From an uncultured virus (IMG/VR IMGVR_UViG_3300046479_000175) (Duplodnaviria; Heunggongvirae; Uroviricota; Caudoviricetes), in IMG/VR virus record IMGVR_UViG_3300046479_000175: DNA of 64,000 nucleotides; one strand, given 5' to 3'. The notes under the pieces are model-generated. The model had not been told where the DNA came from. It made no database searches and saw only the letters and a program-made list of their open reading frames with translations. A program made the position numbers and the translations under genes. Shown here piece by piece: positions 18,253 through 27,076 of this stretch. How positions within the stretch are numbered: position 1 is the stretch's first letter; each line of letters starts with the position of its first letter.

Positions 18253-18720
18253 TCAACCGACGACCCACTTCTCTGACTGTATGACATCCAACACATTCTT
18301 GCAGTCGATACCGAAGTGGGCACAGACATCGGGAATGTTTGGCTTCTTCGCGTTTCCAGTCGGCTTTTCCTCAGTTACGAGCGTAATGCCACGGACGTGT
18401 GCCAACGCGATAACGAATGTGTCGGCGGACGTGTCCTGTTTTTTCAGGCCGACCAGCCGAGGAAACTCGGCGAGGACTTTTGCGGCCTGCTCTTGCACGT
18501 TGTCATCGATCTCCTGAAACATGACACCCTTTCGATCCTTTAACCAGCCGTGCAGTTCGTCTGAACGCTTTTTGGTTTCGATGAAGACTTCTACCGGCGC
18601 GATCATGCGCCCTTCGCTTATGAGATCGGCCATGCGATCCCAAAACTTCGGGAAGTTTTCTTGCGGGTAGCGCTCCTGCCAGGCTGCAATCAGAGCGCTC
18701 GTATCGACGCAGTAGACCAT
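18253..18720 (-). CDS. DUF4411 PIN-domain protein (putative toxin)
   Basis: YCVDTSALI...FPKFW...ADTFVIALA....LVTEE....IPDVCAHFGI. Confidence 0.9.
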   Translation of the reverse strand: MVYCVDTSALIAAWQERYPQENFPKFWDRMADLISEGRMIAPVEVFIETKKRSDELHGWLKDRKGVMFQEIDDNVQEQAAKVLAEFPRLVGLKKQDTSADTFVIALAHVRGITLVTEEKPTGNAKKPNIPDVCAHFGIDCKNVLDVIQSEKWVVG

Positions 18721-18732
18721 GCTTGCGCGGAG

Positions 18733-19926
18733 TTATTCCGCAGGCTGAAACGCTGCCCTTTCCAGCGCAGGAATGTGCTTCACCTTCGCGCCGAGATAGC
18801 TAGAAACGTCGTTGAGGGTAATGCGCTTGTCGTAATAACTGCGGAACACCAGCCGTGTAAAACCTCGTCCATTACGGCTCATCAGCAGAACCGACCGTTT
18901 GATCTTGACAGCCTTCTTTGGTGCCGCTGCTTTTGCCGCAGCCGCAGCTTCATATTCTTCTTTGAACTTCTGTCGGCGCGCCATGTAGAAATCCCATGAA
19001 GCGCGCTTGAGGGCGACAAGGCGGAGCAAAAATGCCTCTGGACTGACTCCGATGCCGTACGCCATTCTGCGAAGCTCATCATCGTTCCATTTGCGCTCGC
19101 CCGGCGGCCTCACTTGAGGGATCGACAAGACAAGGTCGCGGGGCATCAGCGCGGCGGCTGCAACTGAATCGCAGAAGCGCTCGATCTTCTGCTCCTGCGG
19201 CGTCCCGCCGTCGCCGTTCGTCAACGCGCTCTCGCCCAGCATAATGTGCACCAGTTCGTGAATTAACGTGTAGCATTTGCCGCCTTGGCTGTAGTCCTTA
19301 CCGTTGACCACGATCACGGGAATCTCGTGCCGGGCGATGGCAAACCCGCGCATTTCATTGAGCTCAACGCTGTTGTGGGGGCCTCCGACCGTAAAAACCA
19401 AGACGTCTCTCTCTTCCAGCTTGCGCCGCCAGAAGTCGAATGCTCGGCTGCCTTTAGCGGCTTTTCGCTGATCGTCCTCCTTGACACCAAGGAACGCTCG
19501 AATCCGGTCACCGACAACATCGGCATCCTCGGTGACATCCGTTTTTAGCTTGAACACCAGCACTGGGTCGCCCAAGTCGTCATGAAGGTCGAGCGCAAGC
19601 TCCCTCCGCTGATGCGCATTACGAATTTGCAAGGCGAGGTCAGCACTGATCGTCCGGTCCGCTACGTCGGGCAGGCGCCTGAAATCACGGAGAGGGGCGT
19701 AGTCGGTCGGCGGTGTCGGGAGATAAAAGAAAGCCAGCGGGAAATGGTATTTGCTGGCCAGATTTCGCAGTTGACTGATGGTGGGAGCATCGTTTCCCGC
19801 CTCCCACGCCCGCAGGGCGTCGGGTTCGATGTTCAAAGCCTTGGCGGCATCGTCGACCGTCATCTTGGCGCGCGTTCGTGCCCAGCCAAGCAGTTCGGCT
19901 TTGATCTTTGCTTTGACACTCGCCAC
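18733..19926 (-). CDS. XRE-HTH plus ImmA/IrrE metallopeptidase (putative antitoxin)
   Basis: LLGWAR...WEAG..APT..QL; YTLIHELVH (HEXXH)...ERFCD.VAA..LMP. Confidence 0.92.
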   Translation of the reverse strand: MASVKAKIKAELLGWARTRAKMTVDDAAKALNIEPDALRAWEAGNDAPTISQLRNLASKYHFPLAFFYLPTPPTDYAPLRDFRRLPDVADRTISADLALQIRNAHQRRELALDLHDDLGDPVLVFKLKTDVTEDADVVGDRIRAFLGVKEDDQRKAAKGSRAFDFWRRKLEERDVLVFTVGGPHNSVELNEMRGFAIARHEIPVIVVNGKDYSQGGKCYTLIHELVHIMLGESALTNGDGGTPQEQKIERFCDSVAAAALMPRDLVLSIPQVRPPGERKWNDDELRRMAYGIGVSPEAFLLRLVALKRASWDFYMARRQKFKEEYEAAAAAKAAAPKKAVKIKRSVLLMSRNGRGFTRLVFRSYYDKRITLNDVSSYLGAKVKHIPALERAAFQPAE

Positions 19927-20038
19927 GGCACGACCAATCCTGTTCGTCAGTCTATCGCGAACAATCTAGTAGTGGCCACGCAACTTCGCGCTACCGATTG
20001 CCGGCCAACTCGAACGCCAGAGCGCCCTGTCCTGTTGG

Positions 20039-20172
20039 GCTGCAGCCGCAGCTAGTTAAACTTGCATCGGCTTCGCCGATCTGAGTACGGTGCTTGGACG
20101 CCTTCGGCGTGGCACCTCGCGGGCCGTAGGCCCACACTTGCCAGCGAGTGAACGTCCTCACGTCATCGTGAG
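20039..20172. other. cluster of hairpins upstream of the methylase (candidate ssDNA promoter or ssi)
   Basis: ATCGGC-TTC-GCCGAT; GGTGC..ACGCC-TTC-GGCGT..GCACC; CTCGC-GGGCC-GTA-GGCCC..GCGAG; CTCACG-TCAT-CGTGAG. Confidence 0.55.
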
Positions 20173-20315
20173 TTTCCCGAATATCACACACCCAAATTCC
20201 TGTGGAGAAAATGCAGAAAGTGCTTGCAACCACGCAAGAACTTCGGCATAAGAAGCGGGCCACCCGGCGCGCAAACGCCGCGATGGCCCTAGCCACAACG
20301 AGGGGAAATCTCGCC

Positions 20316-21197
20316 ATGACTGACGCCGACCATAACGACACCAGCCCAACAGTTCAAGATCACCGTGACAGGGGCAGACCGCCCCCCGCCCAGATCGGAA
20401 ACGCCACCCTCTATAACGCCGACTGTCTTGAGATTCTTCCGTCCCTTCCCGCCGCGTCCGTAGACCTTATTCTGTCTGACCTGCCATATGGCACTACGCA
20501 AAACAAATGGGATTCCGTCATCCCACTCGCACCGTTATGGCGGGAATACAAACGCATCTCCAGGGGCGCAATCGTCTTGACGGCAGCGCAACCATTCTCA
20601 TCACAACTCGTCAGCAGTAATATCGAGATGTTCCGATATGAATGGATATGGGCCAAGAACAAAGCTTCTGGGCATCTCAATGCGAAAAAACGGCCCCTTG
20701 TTGCACACGAATCTATCCTCGTTTTCTCCCACGATGCGCCGCCCTATTTCCCGCAAAAATCATCTGGTCACAGGCCATCGAATTACGCGAAGCGGGTTAC
20801 CCACACGCCGAACTACGGCGCACAACGCTCGACGACATATGGAGGCGGAAACACAGATCGTTACCCAACCTCGGTATTATCCTTCCCAGTCCTCAATAAT
20901 GATTCTCCAGATCGCTATCACCCCACACAAAAGCCCGTGGAATTGATGGCCTATTTAATCGAGACCTACACCCGGGGGGGCGATACGGTGCTCGACAATG
21001 CGATGGGATCAGGTACGACAGGCGTTGCGTGTGCACTGCTCAACCGTCGTTTTATCGGCATCGAGCGCGACTCGGCGTATTTCCCAATATGCCTCTCGCG
21101 TCTGAGGGGAGAACCAGTTCAAGTTGGGGTGCACACCTCCCAGCAAGCGCCTTCCGACCAGACGACCATTTTCGACTGGCTCGGCGCGGCGTCATAA
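20316..21197 (+). CDS. orphan N4/N6 DNA methyltransferase (beta class)
   Basis: DLPYG catalytic motif, HPTQKPVEL, VLDNAMGSGTT. Confidence 0.93.
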   Translation: MTDADHNDTSPTVQDHRDRGRPPPAQIGNATLYNADCLEILPSLPAASVDLILSDLPYGTTQNKWDSVIPLAPLWREYKRISRGAIVLTAAQPFSSQLVSSNIEMFRYEWIWAKNKASGHLNAKKRPLVAHESILVFSHDAPPYFPQKSSGHRPSNYAKRVTHTPNYGAQRSTTYGGGNTDRYPTSVLSFPVLNNDSPDRYHPTQKPVELMAYLIETYTRGGDTVLDNAMGSGTTGVACALLNRRFIGIERDSAYFPICLSRLRGEPVQVGVHTSQQAPSDQTTIFDWLGAAS

Positions 21198-21225
21198 ACG
21201 TGCACCGACACAGAATAAAGAACAC

Positions 21226-21338
21226 AAGCTGTGGAGATGACGCGCCTGATGGAAAACGGGGAAATCACTTCGTGATTCCCGCCGTTTACCACAGGACGCT
21301 TGGACAACGCTGCGCGTTGCCCACATCTCCGACAGCTT
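21226..21338. other. 113-nt branched stem-loop between convergent genes (candidate single-strand origin)
   Basis: AAGCTGT-GGAGATG...CATCTCC-G-ACAGCTT closes two arms: CCTG..AAACGG.GGAAATCAC-TTC-GTGATTCCC.CCGTTT..CAGG and TGG.CAACGC-TGC-GCGTTG.CCA. Confidence 0.65.
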
Positions 21339-21392
21339 CAGGCAACAGCCAAGGGTTTAATTTTGGATTCAAGAAGTGAGGGCGGAGCGGGC

Positions 21393-21998
21393 TTACCCGA
21401 GGTTCGAAAGCAGCCCGGCGATGGCGCGGATGTCATGCCTTGCTGAGATCGGAATGAGGTGTTCAGCCTCTGCCTCTCTCCGTTCTTGATGAATCATTTT
21501 GTTGTTTGCTTGTTGTTCCATCGTCGCCCATCGAACGTTGTGAGCCCAATATCCAAGACGGTTATCGATTCTGTCGACGGTGAGATCGCTTCTGTACCCG
21601 TTGACCAGCGACCAAGCGATGAATGCAGTCGGGTTTGCTCGCCAGTATGGATCGACATCGATTCCGCGGGCCCCGTAATAGCGGTATGCCGCTGATTCTG
21701 GGTTGTAGCAGCGTTCAATCATTCCTCTCAGGATCCCGCGAATCCTCTTCCTCTCCGGGTAAAGGACTCTGTACTCAGGATCGCGACGGCCGATACAGCC
21801 ACACGACAGATACTTGCCACTAACGACATCATCCGGGTGCCTCCATATTGAGCGCCCGCAGTCGCATTTGAAGTCCCAGTTCAATTTCGACGATTGCCTC
21901 GGGCCACCCCATCCGATTGCCACCAGTTTCCCAAATCGGAGGCCTCTGATATCGTTCTCGATGACCCACTCATCATCGTCGTTTATTCCGTAAACCAT
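21393..21998 (-). CDS. phage HNH-type homing endonuclease-like protein
   Basis: RFGKLVA..CDCG..SCGC..MIERCYNP...YGARGI...TVDRIDN..GY...NVRWAT..QQANN. Confidence 0.8.
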   Translation of the reverse strand: MVYGINDDDEWVIENDIRGLRFGKLVAIGWGGPRQSSKLNWDFKCDCGRSIWRHPDDVVSGKYLSCGCIGRRDPEYRVLYPERKRIRGILRGMIERCYNPESAAYRYYGARGIDVDPYWRANPTAFIAWSLVNGYRSDLTVDRIDNRLGYWAHNVRWATMEQQANNKMIHQERREAEAEHLIPISARHDIRAIAGLLSNLG

Positions 21999-22074
21999 TA
22001 CTCGCCCTTAATCACGTTTCGGACGATGGGAACTATTGCACTCTTCCCGATATAACTCAACGTCTGATAAAGTT

Positions 22075-22109
22075 AGGGCGCAGTTAATGTCTTCCTATGC
22101 TAGGAAGAC
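22075..22109 (-). other. oriT, MOBQ (RSF1010/pTi type)
   Basis: Minus strand reads GTCTTCCTA-GCA-TAGGAAGAC (9-bp perfect IR), then AT, then TAACTGCG^CCCT, matching the TAAGTGCG^CCCT nic consensus; lies upstream of the relaxase operon. Confidence 0.85.
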
Positions 22110-22186
22110 GGAAAAATCGCATTCCTTGCGAGATTTTCCCATCATGGGTACACTCGCCCGCCATCCGGCGGGGAAAGGATAACTTC

Positions 22187-22456
22187 ATGCAGTTTTTGGG
22201 GCTCCTGGACCTGTGTAAGCGCTGGGGAAAAGAGGGTGGCAATTACACCCGTAAGGGCATTTACAACCTCCGTAATTCGGCCGACTTTCCCGTCCCCCGC
22301 CACGTCATCAATTGCGGTCAAACACCCGTCTGGGCCCTCGCCGATATTCAGGATTTTGAGGAGCTTCATCCCGAGCTCTTGGATGAGAAATTAAAGCGGG
22401 CCAAAGTGGCTTCCTATGCGTTATGCAACCGCCTAAAAAGGATGGCCGGCAAATAG
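22187..22456 (+). CDS. AlpA/excisionase-like DNA-binding protein
   Basis: LLDLCKRW....YTRKGIYN....DFPVP......PVW..ADI..FE. Confidence 0.65.
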   Translation: MQFLGLLDLCKRWGKEGGNYTRKGIYNLRNSADFPVPRHVINCGQTPVWALADIQDFEELHPELLDEKLKRAKVASYALCNRLKRMAGK

Positions 22457-22470
22457 AGGGAGATTGATCA

Positions 22471-23481
22471 ATGGCGTCGATGTACAGGTGCGAGGTGAAG
22501 TGGCCGGTACGCCGCGGCAAGGGTCAAAGTGTCGTCGCAAAAGCAGCCTACAATTCCCGCTCCAAGCTCCACAACGAGCGAGAGGACAAGTGGACCCGCG
22601 ACTACGGGAAACCCGACCGCTCCAGCCGAGGACAAGAGGATATTTTGTTCTCCGGGATCTTCGTCGATGCAAAGATTACGGTGCCCGAATGGGTCCATGA
22701 CAGGAGCCGACTTTGGAATGAGGCCTCGAACGCACAAGGGAAGAGAAGGGATGCCCGGGATGGAGGCCAAGAAATGATCCTCAATCTCCCGAACGATCTC
22801 TCTTTTGAGGCGCAGAGGCGCATGACGATTGATTATGTCCGCGAGCAAATCGTGAGGGGTAAGGGCCGAATCGCGGACGTCAATATCCACGATGCGCCGA
22901 AGACCGGCGACGACCGGAATAAGCATGTCCACATTCTCTTCACGATTCGCAAAATAGGCCCCGACGGTTTCGAAAGAGAGATGCTCCCGGAGATCAATCG
23001 CGACGACGTCCAGCGCCTTCGGCTCAAATGGGCGGAGCGGGGCGAGCGTGAACTCCGGCGAGCCGGTTATGACGAAGAAGCTGACAGATGGAAAGAGGCC
23101 CACGCCAAGCTGGATGTGCAAAGGGACCGGGCCTTGGCGCGTGGCGATAAGGAATATGCTCAGGCCTGTGATCGCCAGCCGGGGATCCATCTCGGCCCTC
23201 ACGTTCGGGCTATGGAGGACGCCGGAAAAATTACCCGAAAAGGAGACATTCAGAGGGCGATCCAGCAGCGCAATGCAGGCCGGGGTAGGAAGGTAGCCAG
23301 AGGTGCGGCAAAGTCGATGGGAGCCGTTCTTGACGGGGTGGGCGGGGCCATCGAAAGCCTATTCACGCCTCCGTCGACCCCCGAGAGCCGAGCGGAGGCC
23401 GAAGCGGCCGAACGCGAAAGATTGTTGCGCGCTGAGGAAACAGAAAAGAACCGTCGGCGGGATCGCGGAAGAGACCGATAG
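22471..23481 (+). CDS. mobA: MobA/MobL (MOBQ) relaxase
   Basis: SVVAKAAYNSR (catalytic Tyr), LWNE, E.ILNLP, ADVNIHD...NKHVHI (3H motif), C-terminal RDRGRDR. Confidence 0.93.
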   Translation: MASMYRCEVKWPVRRGKGQSVVAKAAYNSRSKLHNEREDKWTRDYGKPDRSSRGQEDILFSGIFVDAKITVPEWVHDRSRLWNEASNAQGKRRDARDGGQEMILNLPNDLSFEAQRRMTIDYVREQIVRGKGRIADVNIHDAPKTGDDRNKHVHILFTIRKIGPDGFEREMLPEINRDDVQRLRLKWAERGERELRRAGYDEEADRWKEAHAKLDVQRDRALARGDKEYAQACDRQPGIHLGPHVRAMEDAGKITRKGDIQRAIQQRNAGRGRKVARGAAKSMGAVLDGVGGAIESLFTPPSTPESRAEAEAAERERLLRAEETEKNRRRDRGRDR

Positions 23482-23702
23482 AAGCCGGGACCTGCGCCCT
23501 CATTTCCGGCTGGAACCGCGTGCGGGCGAACCTTCAATCCTCTTCGCTTTAAGGCTGGCCGGCGACCATGCCACGCGCCACGCGGAAAGGGTATCGGTGC
23601 CTCATGGGGAACCCCGGCACCCACGGGACCACGACATCATCGAACAGCTTCTGCGGCAGGGTTGGACCATGGCGAGGATACGGGCGGTTTTTCCAGAACT
23701 TT

Positions 23703-25010
23703 TTAGATGATTTTGACACCTTTTTTTTCCAGTACCTTCAAAAACATCAACCCGTACTCGATGACCATGTTCCTCGAGACTCTTACGAATTCGCGCTCCG
23801 CTATCAAGGGATGGACCCCTTCATCGCTGGTGAGCGTGTACAAGCCTCTCGCGAACTTTTCCTGCTGTTTGGAAAGATATCCTTTGTTCGCGAGAAAGGT
23901 GACACTCGGGTCCCATTCATCCACGACGGTTGTCCCCAAACTTGTCGCAATCGACGAAGCTGTTTGAATATGAAGATGTTCGAAGAATGTCCTGACGAGT
24001 AGTAGACACTCCTTGATCTCAAAGACGTCCGATGTCGCGCGGTACTGTTCCTCGGCTTTCCGCAGGGTGGCGATTAGCGACTTGTCGAAACCCAGCTTCT
24101 CGAGAGAATCATTGACGGTCTTTTTATCACTTTCAATTTCCAAATTTGGGTTTTCTTGCAGCAATTCATTTTTTAGGTAGTAATGTCTGGCCGTTCTCAC
24201 TTCCTCGATGATGGACCGGATCGACCCCCGCATTTCGCGGACCAACCCCAATTCACGGCGCCCTCCTTTTCCGCCGTCAGGATTATTCGGCCGTTTCTTC
24301 AGTCCCTCTTCCATTTCGCCCAACTCCATCCAAAGCGGATTGAGTTTTTTGGGGATTAGTTTGAGGTCGTGGTCGCTAACTATTGTGAACTTCAAGGCGA
24401 TCATTTCCTCGAGCTGATAAAGTAAGATCACGAGACCTATCGTCGGCTCTTCGACCGATCCGAGAGCATCCAGAAGCGCGTGAACATAACCCCGACGAAC
24501 GACAAACTCAGCGACTAGAGGCAATTCAGAAACACAACCTTCATAGGTGGGAAAATTCGGTGACCCTTGATATCGCATGCTTGGCGCTGGAGACGAAAGT
24601 CGCACAAGGAGAGATGAAATGAATTCCGACCGATCAGCCTCCGCTAACTGTCCGAAGATGACGGTGAGAAGATCGTAATTGGCGCTCTGAAAAACAAAGT
24701 CCCCCGGGAATTCGTCAACGTGTCGCGGCCTGATCTTCCGGGCGACGTCGAGATTGTAGCGTGGATCTGTGGTGCGGCTCTGAGTCAGCCGCAGCATTAC
24801 CTCCATGGCCTTTGGTGCGACAGTATCAGAGTGACTGAGCGAGTGATGTTCAAGCACTCGGTCGTAGTATCGAACGGTGGGCCGTACCCTTTCCTCAATC
24901 AGGATTCGATTGGCCCTCTCAACCGCGTCAGCAAGATCCATACGCCGAAGAATACACCGGCTTGCGTCATCCCTCGACGGCCGCGAGACCGTAGAAGATT
25001 CTTGATCCAC
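23703..25010 (-). CDS. hypothetical protein with possible Abi_C/HEPN-like C-terminus
   Basis: 435-aa ORF; C-terminal KECLLLVRTFFEHL...LYTLTSDEGVH. Confidence 0.55.
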   Translation of the reverse strand: MDQESSTVSRPSRDDASRCILRRMDLADAVERANRILIEERVRPTVRYYDRVLEHHSLSHSDTVAPKAMEVMLRLTQSRTTDPRYNLDVARKIRPRHVDEFPGDFVFQSANYDLLTVIFGQLAEADRSEFISSLLVRLSSPAPSMRYQGSPNFPTYEGCVSELPLVAEFVVRRGYVHALLDALGSVEEPTIGLVILLYQLEEMIALKFTIVSDHDLKLIPKKLNPLWMELGEMEEGLKKRPNNPDGGKGGRRELGLVREMRGSIRSIIEEVRTARHYYLKNELLQENPNLEIESDKKTVNDSLEKLGFDKSLIATLRKAEEQYRATSDVFEIKECLLLVRTFFEHLHIQTASSIATSLGTTVVDEWDPSVTFLANKGYLSKQQEKFARGLYTLTSDEGVHPLIAEREFVRVSRNMVIEYGLMFLKVLEKKGVKII

Positions 25011-25419
25011 TCATGTGGCAGGGGGTTTTCCCGACGAGGTTGTCAGGGCAATCGCACTCATCAGAGTCGTAATACGATACAGCTCCATTTGTAACGTCAG
25101 GCAGATTGCCAACAAGCGCACGTGCTGCAAGGCCAAGAGCCGTAACGTAAGGTCCGTAGGTGGGGTTTTTGAGGGCAATATCGAGCACACGTTGCCGGTC
25201 CTCATTATTTGTCTCTGGCCACCAGACGTCGTATTGATCGTGCGCAAGACAGACTGATCTCGCATCGTTTCCTCCCATCCATTGAATGTTTGCCTTCGCC
25301 CGATTCGTAACCGTGTTTATGGTCTCCGTCATCCCCGCGGAGCCAAGTGACTCGGATTCTCCGAGGGCCGTCATGGCAAGGATCTCCTGCGCGTTGAAGG
25401 GATCGGTGTCATTGGACAT
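24967..25419 (-). CDS. SleB/Hydrolase_2 cell-wall hydrolase (endolysin)
   Basis: LAMTALGES.....GM......NR......VCL...QY..W...DVTNGAVSYY. Confidence 0.8.
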   Translation of the reverse strand: MSNDTDPFNAQEILAMTALGESESLGSAGMTETINTVTNRAKANIQWMGGNDARSVCLAHDQYDVWWPETNNEDRQRVLDIALKNPTYGPYVTALGLAARALVGNLPDVTNGAVSYYDSDECDCPDNLVGKTPCHMSGSRIFYGLAAVEG

Positions 25420-25636
25420 GGGGCGCCGGAGAGTCGAGGTGGATGGAATCGGCGAAGGGTGGTTCGACCGGTATGGCGAACATCAGCGTGCCGATGACTA
25501 CTGGCCAGAAAATGAGGCCGCAAATGAATCCGAGAAATAAGCCTTTAGAAAAATCGCCGGAGGGCAACAGACGTTCCCCTCGGAAGTTCACAGCGTCTTC
25601 CCGCCGTTCCGACCTTGCGGGAAGTCGTTTTGTCAT
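25409..25636 (-). CDS. small TM protein in the lysis region
   Basis: One hydrophobic helix; overlaps the hydrolase start. Confidence 0.4.
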   Translation of the reverse strand: MTKRLPARSERREDAVNFRGERLLPSGDFSKGLFLGFICGLIFWPVVIGTLMFAIPVEPPFADSIHLDSPAPHVQ

Positions 25637-25766
25637 GTTTCACGATAGGGGTTGTGCATGTTACATCCTTACTACGGGGCAAACCTGTTTCTTAACTTTG
25701 CATAAGTTTGTTTTACGAACTTGATCGTTGCAAAAACAGGAATGCTGAAATTAAAGGACGGTATTT

Positions 25767-26387
25767 TCAGGAAGAAATCCCCTCTTGATATAGAACAATT
25801 TTATGAAATGCAAAAAGGCTGAGGTCATTCGTGAAGGGGATTTCCAGAATTTGCGTCAGCGGCCTGGCGTGAACGAAGGGGAAGTTCGGCAGCGTCAAGG
25901 GAACATCGGTGACATAATCAGGCCCGTTTTTATAAAGCGTATAGGACGGAATTGGCGCAACGACTTCTGCGAATTTTTGATAGCCGACTTTCGGTGATCC
26001 GAAGCAGCATACTTTCGCCGGAATAATACCATCAATGGTAAAAAGCGCCGCCAACTCTTGAGCGTGCGAGCCTCCGAGTGAATGTCCATCTAGTACCACG
26101 GGCTGTGTAATGAGAGGCTTTACATCCGCATAGGCAGAAAGAATGCCTTTGAAGAACCCGCTGTGAACGTATCCTAACGGCTCATAGTAGTAAGGAACTG
26201 CATCGCCATCGCGCAGCCAGTCGAGTTCACAATCCGAACCACGCGCCGAGATAACGTCATAACCCTGCGTTTTTTTAAGCGTTATATAAACGTCATCATC
26301 CTGATCGCCTTGCCACACATAATCCCAAACCGCAGAACTATCGTAGGTAGCGGCGGACAAATCGCAGCACTGGCGATCAGAGATCAT
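25767..26387 (-). CDS. class 3 lipase
   Basis: RGS, VHSGF, GHSLGG, FGSPKVG, D.VTDVP, C-terminal His. Confidence 0.9.
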   Translation of the reverse strand: MISDRQCCDLSAATYDSSAVWDYVWQGDQDDDVYITLKKTQGYDVISARGSDCELDWLRDGDAVPYYYEPLGYVHSGFFKGILSAYADVKPLITQPVVLDGHSLGGSHAQELAALFTIDGIIPAKVCCFGSPKVGYQKFAEVVAPIPSYTLYKNGPDYVTDVPLTLPNFPFVHARPLTQILEIPFTNDLSLFAFHKIVLYQEGISS

Positions 26388-26731
26388 TAAGCCGTTGCGG
26401 GAGGCGTCGGAGCAATCCCTTGTGCGGATGATAATGCAGCAGTCGAAATCTGCGTCAGCATCGTTCCGGCGTCTGTTGCAAGAACATGGATTTCAGACTG
26501 TTCCAGACCCGGAAGGCCTGTAACAATAGCGTTCTGTGAGGCAAGGACTTGGGCCAAAGCCTCCTGTGGATCGGAAGTCGCAATGACGTTTTGAACGGCC
26601 GTAGTAAGGATGCTCTGGTACTGCTTGAGCGCAGTTACCAAAGCGTCACTTCCGGCTTGCTTGAGATCGGCCAGAAGATCGTCACCAAGGGTGGGCGTTG
26701 CGGAAACGGTAGGTGCGGTTGAACCAGTCAT
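26387..26731 (-). CDS. hypothetical protein
   Basis: AAGGA RBS before MTGSTAPTV. Confidence 0.55.
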   Translation of the reverse strand: MTGSTAPTVSATPTLGDDLLADLKQAGSDALVTALKQYQSILTTAVQNVIATSDPQEALAQVLASQNAIVTGLPGLEQSEIHVLATDAGTMLTQISTAALSSAQGIAPTPPATA

Positions 26732-26875
26732 GGTGTTTTCCTTATTTGGGGGGTTCACTAGGGTCAGCACAACCTGCCACAAAAGGGCATCCGGTTCAAG
26801 CCGAAAACAGCATCGCATCCTTACGCGAGGTCGGACACAGTCAGGCGATGAATGTAACCCCACCGGGACCCACGA

Positions 26876-27076
26876 ATGATCACTTCTATCATCCTGACAT
26901 TTGTCGTTTTTTTTCTGCTCTATATCGCGCAAACGTATATTATCGGGAACGCGCCGTTTGACCCGAAAATCAAATGGGGCTTCACCGCCATCGCGGCATT
27001 GATAGCAATTGTCATCATCGCGGGCATCTGGGGGCTCGTTGGGCCCGAGCCCTACGGCTGGCATCACGGCTGTTAG
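26876..27076 (+). CDS. small 2-TM protein
   Basis: Two hydrophobic helices; opposite strand to the phage genes. Confidence 0.55.
   Translation: MITSIILTFVVFFLLYIAQTYIIGNAPFDPKIKWGFTAIAALIAIVIIAGIWGLVGPEPYGWHHGC

Noticed and set aside
20060..20175. Hammerhead ribozyme or tRNA
   Set aside because: CTGAGTA does not fit CUGANGA, there is no matching GAAA core, and no T-loop or acceptor geometry.
23303..23710. Alternative-frame mobB-like ORF overlapping mobA
   Set aside because: No recognisable motif or clear RBS; it cannot be supported from sequence alone.
23480..25010. Prophage att site at the lysis end
   Set aside because: No tRNA, integrase or partner direct repeat was found by eye within the window.
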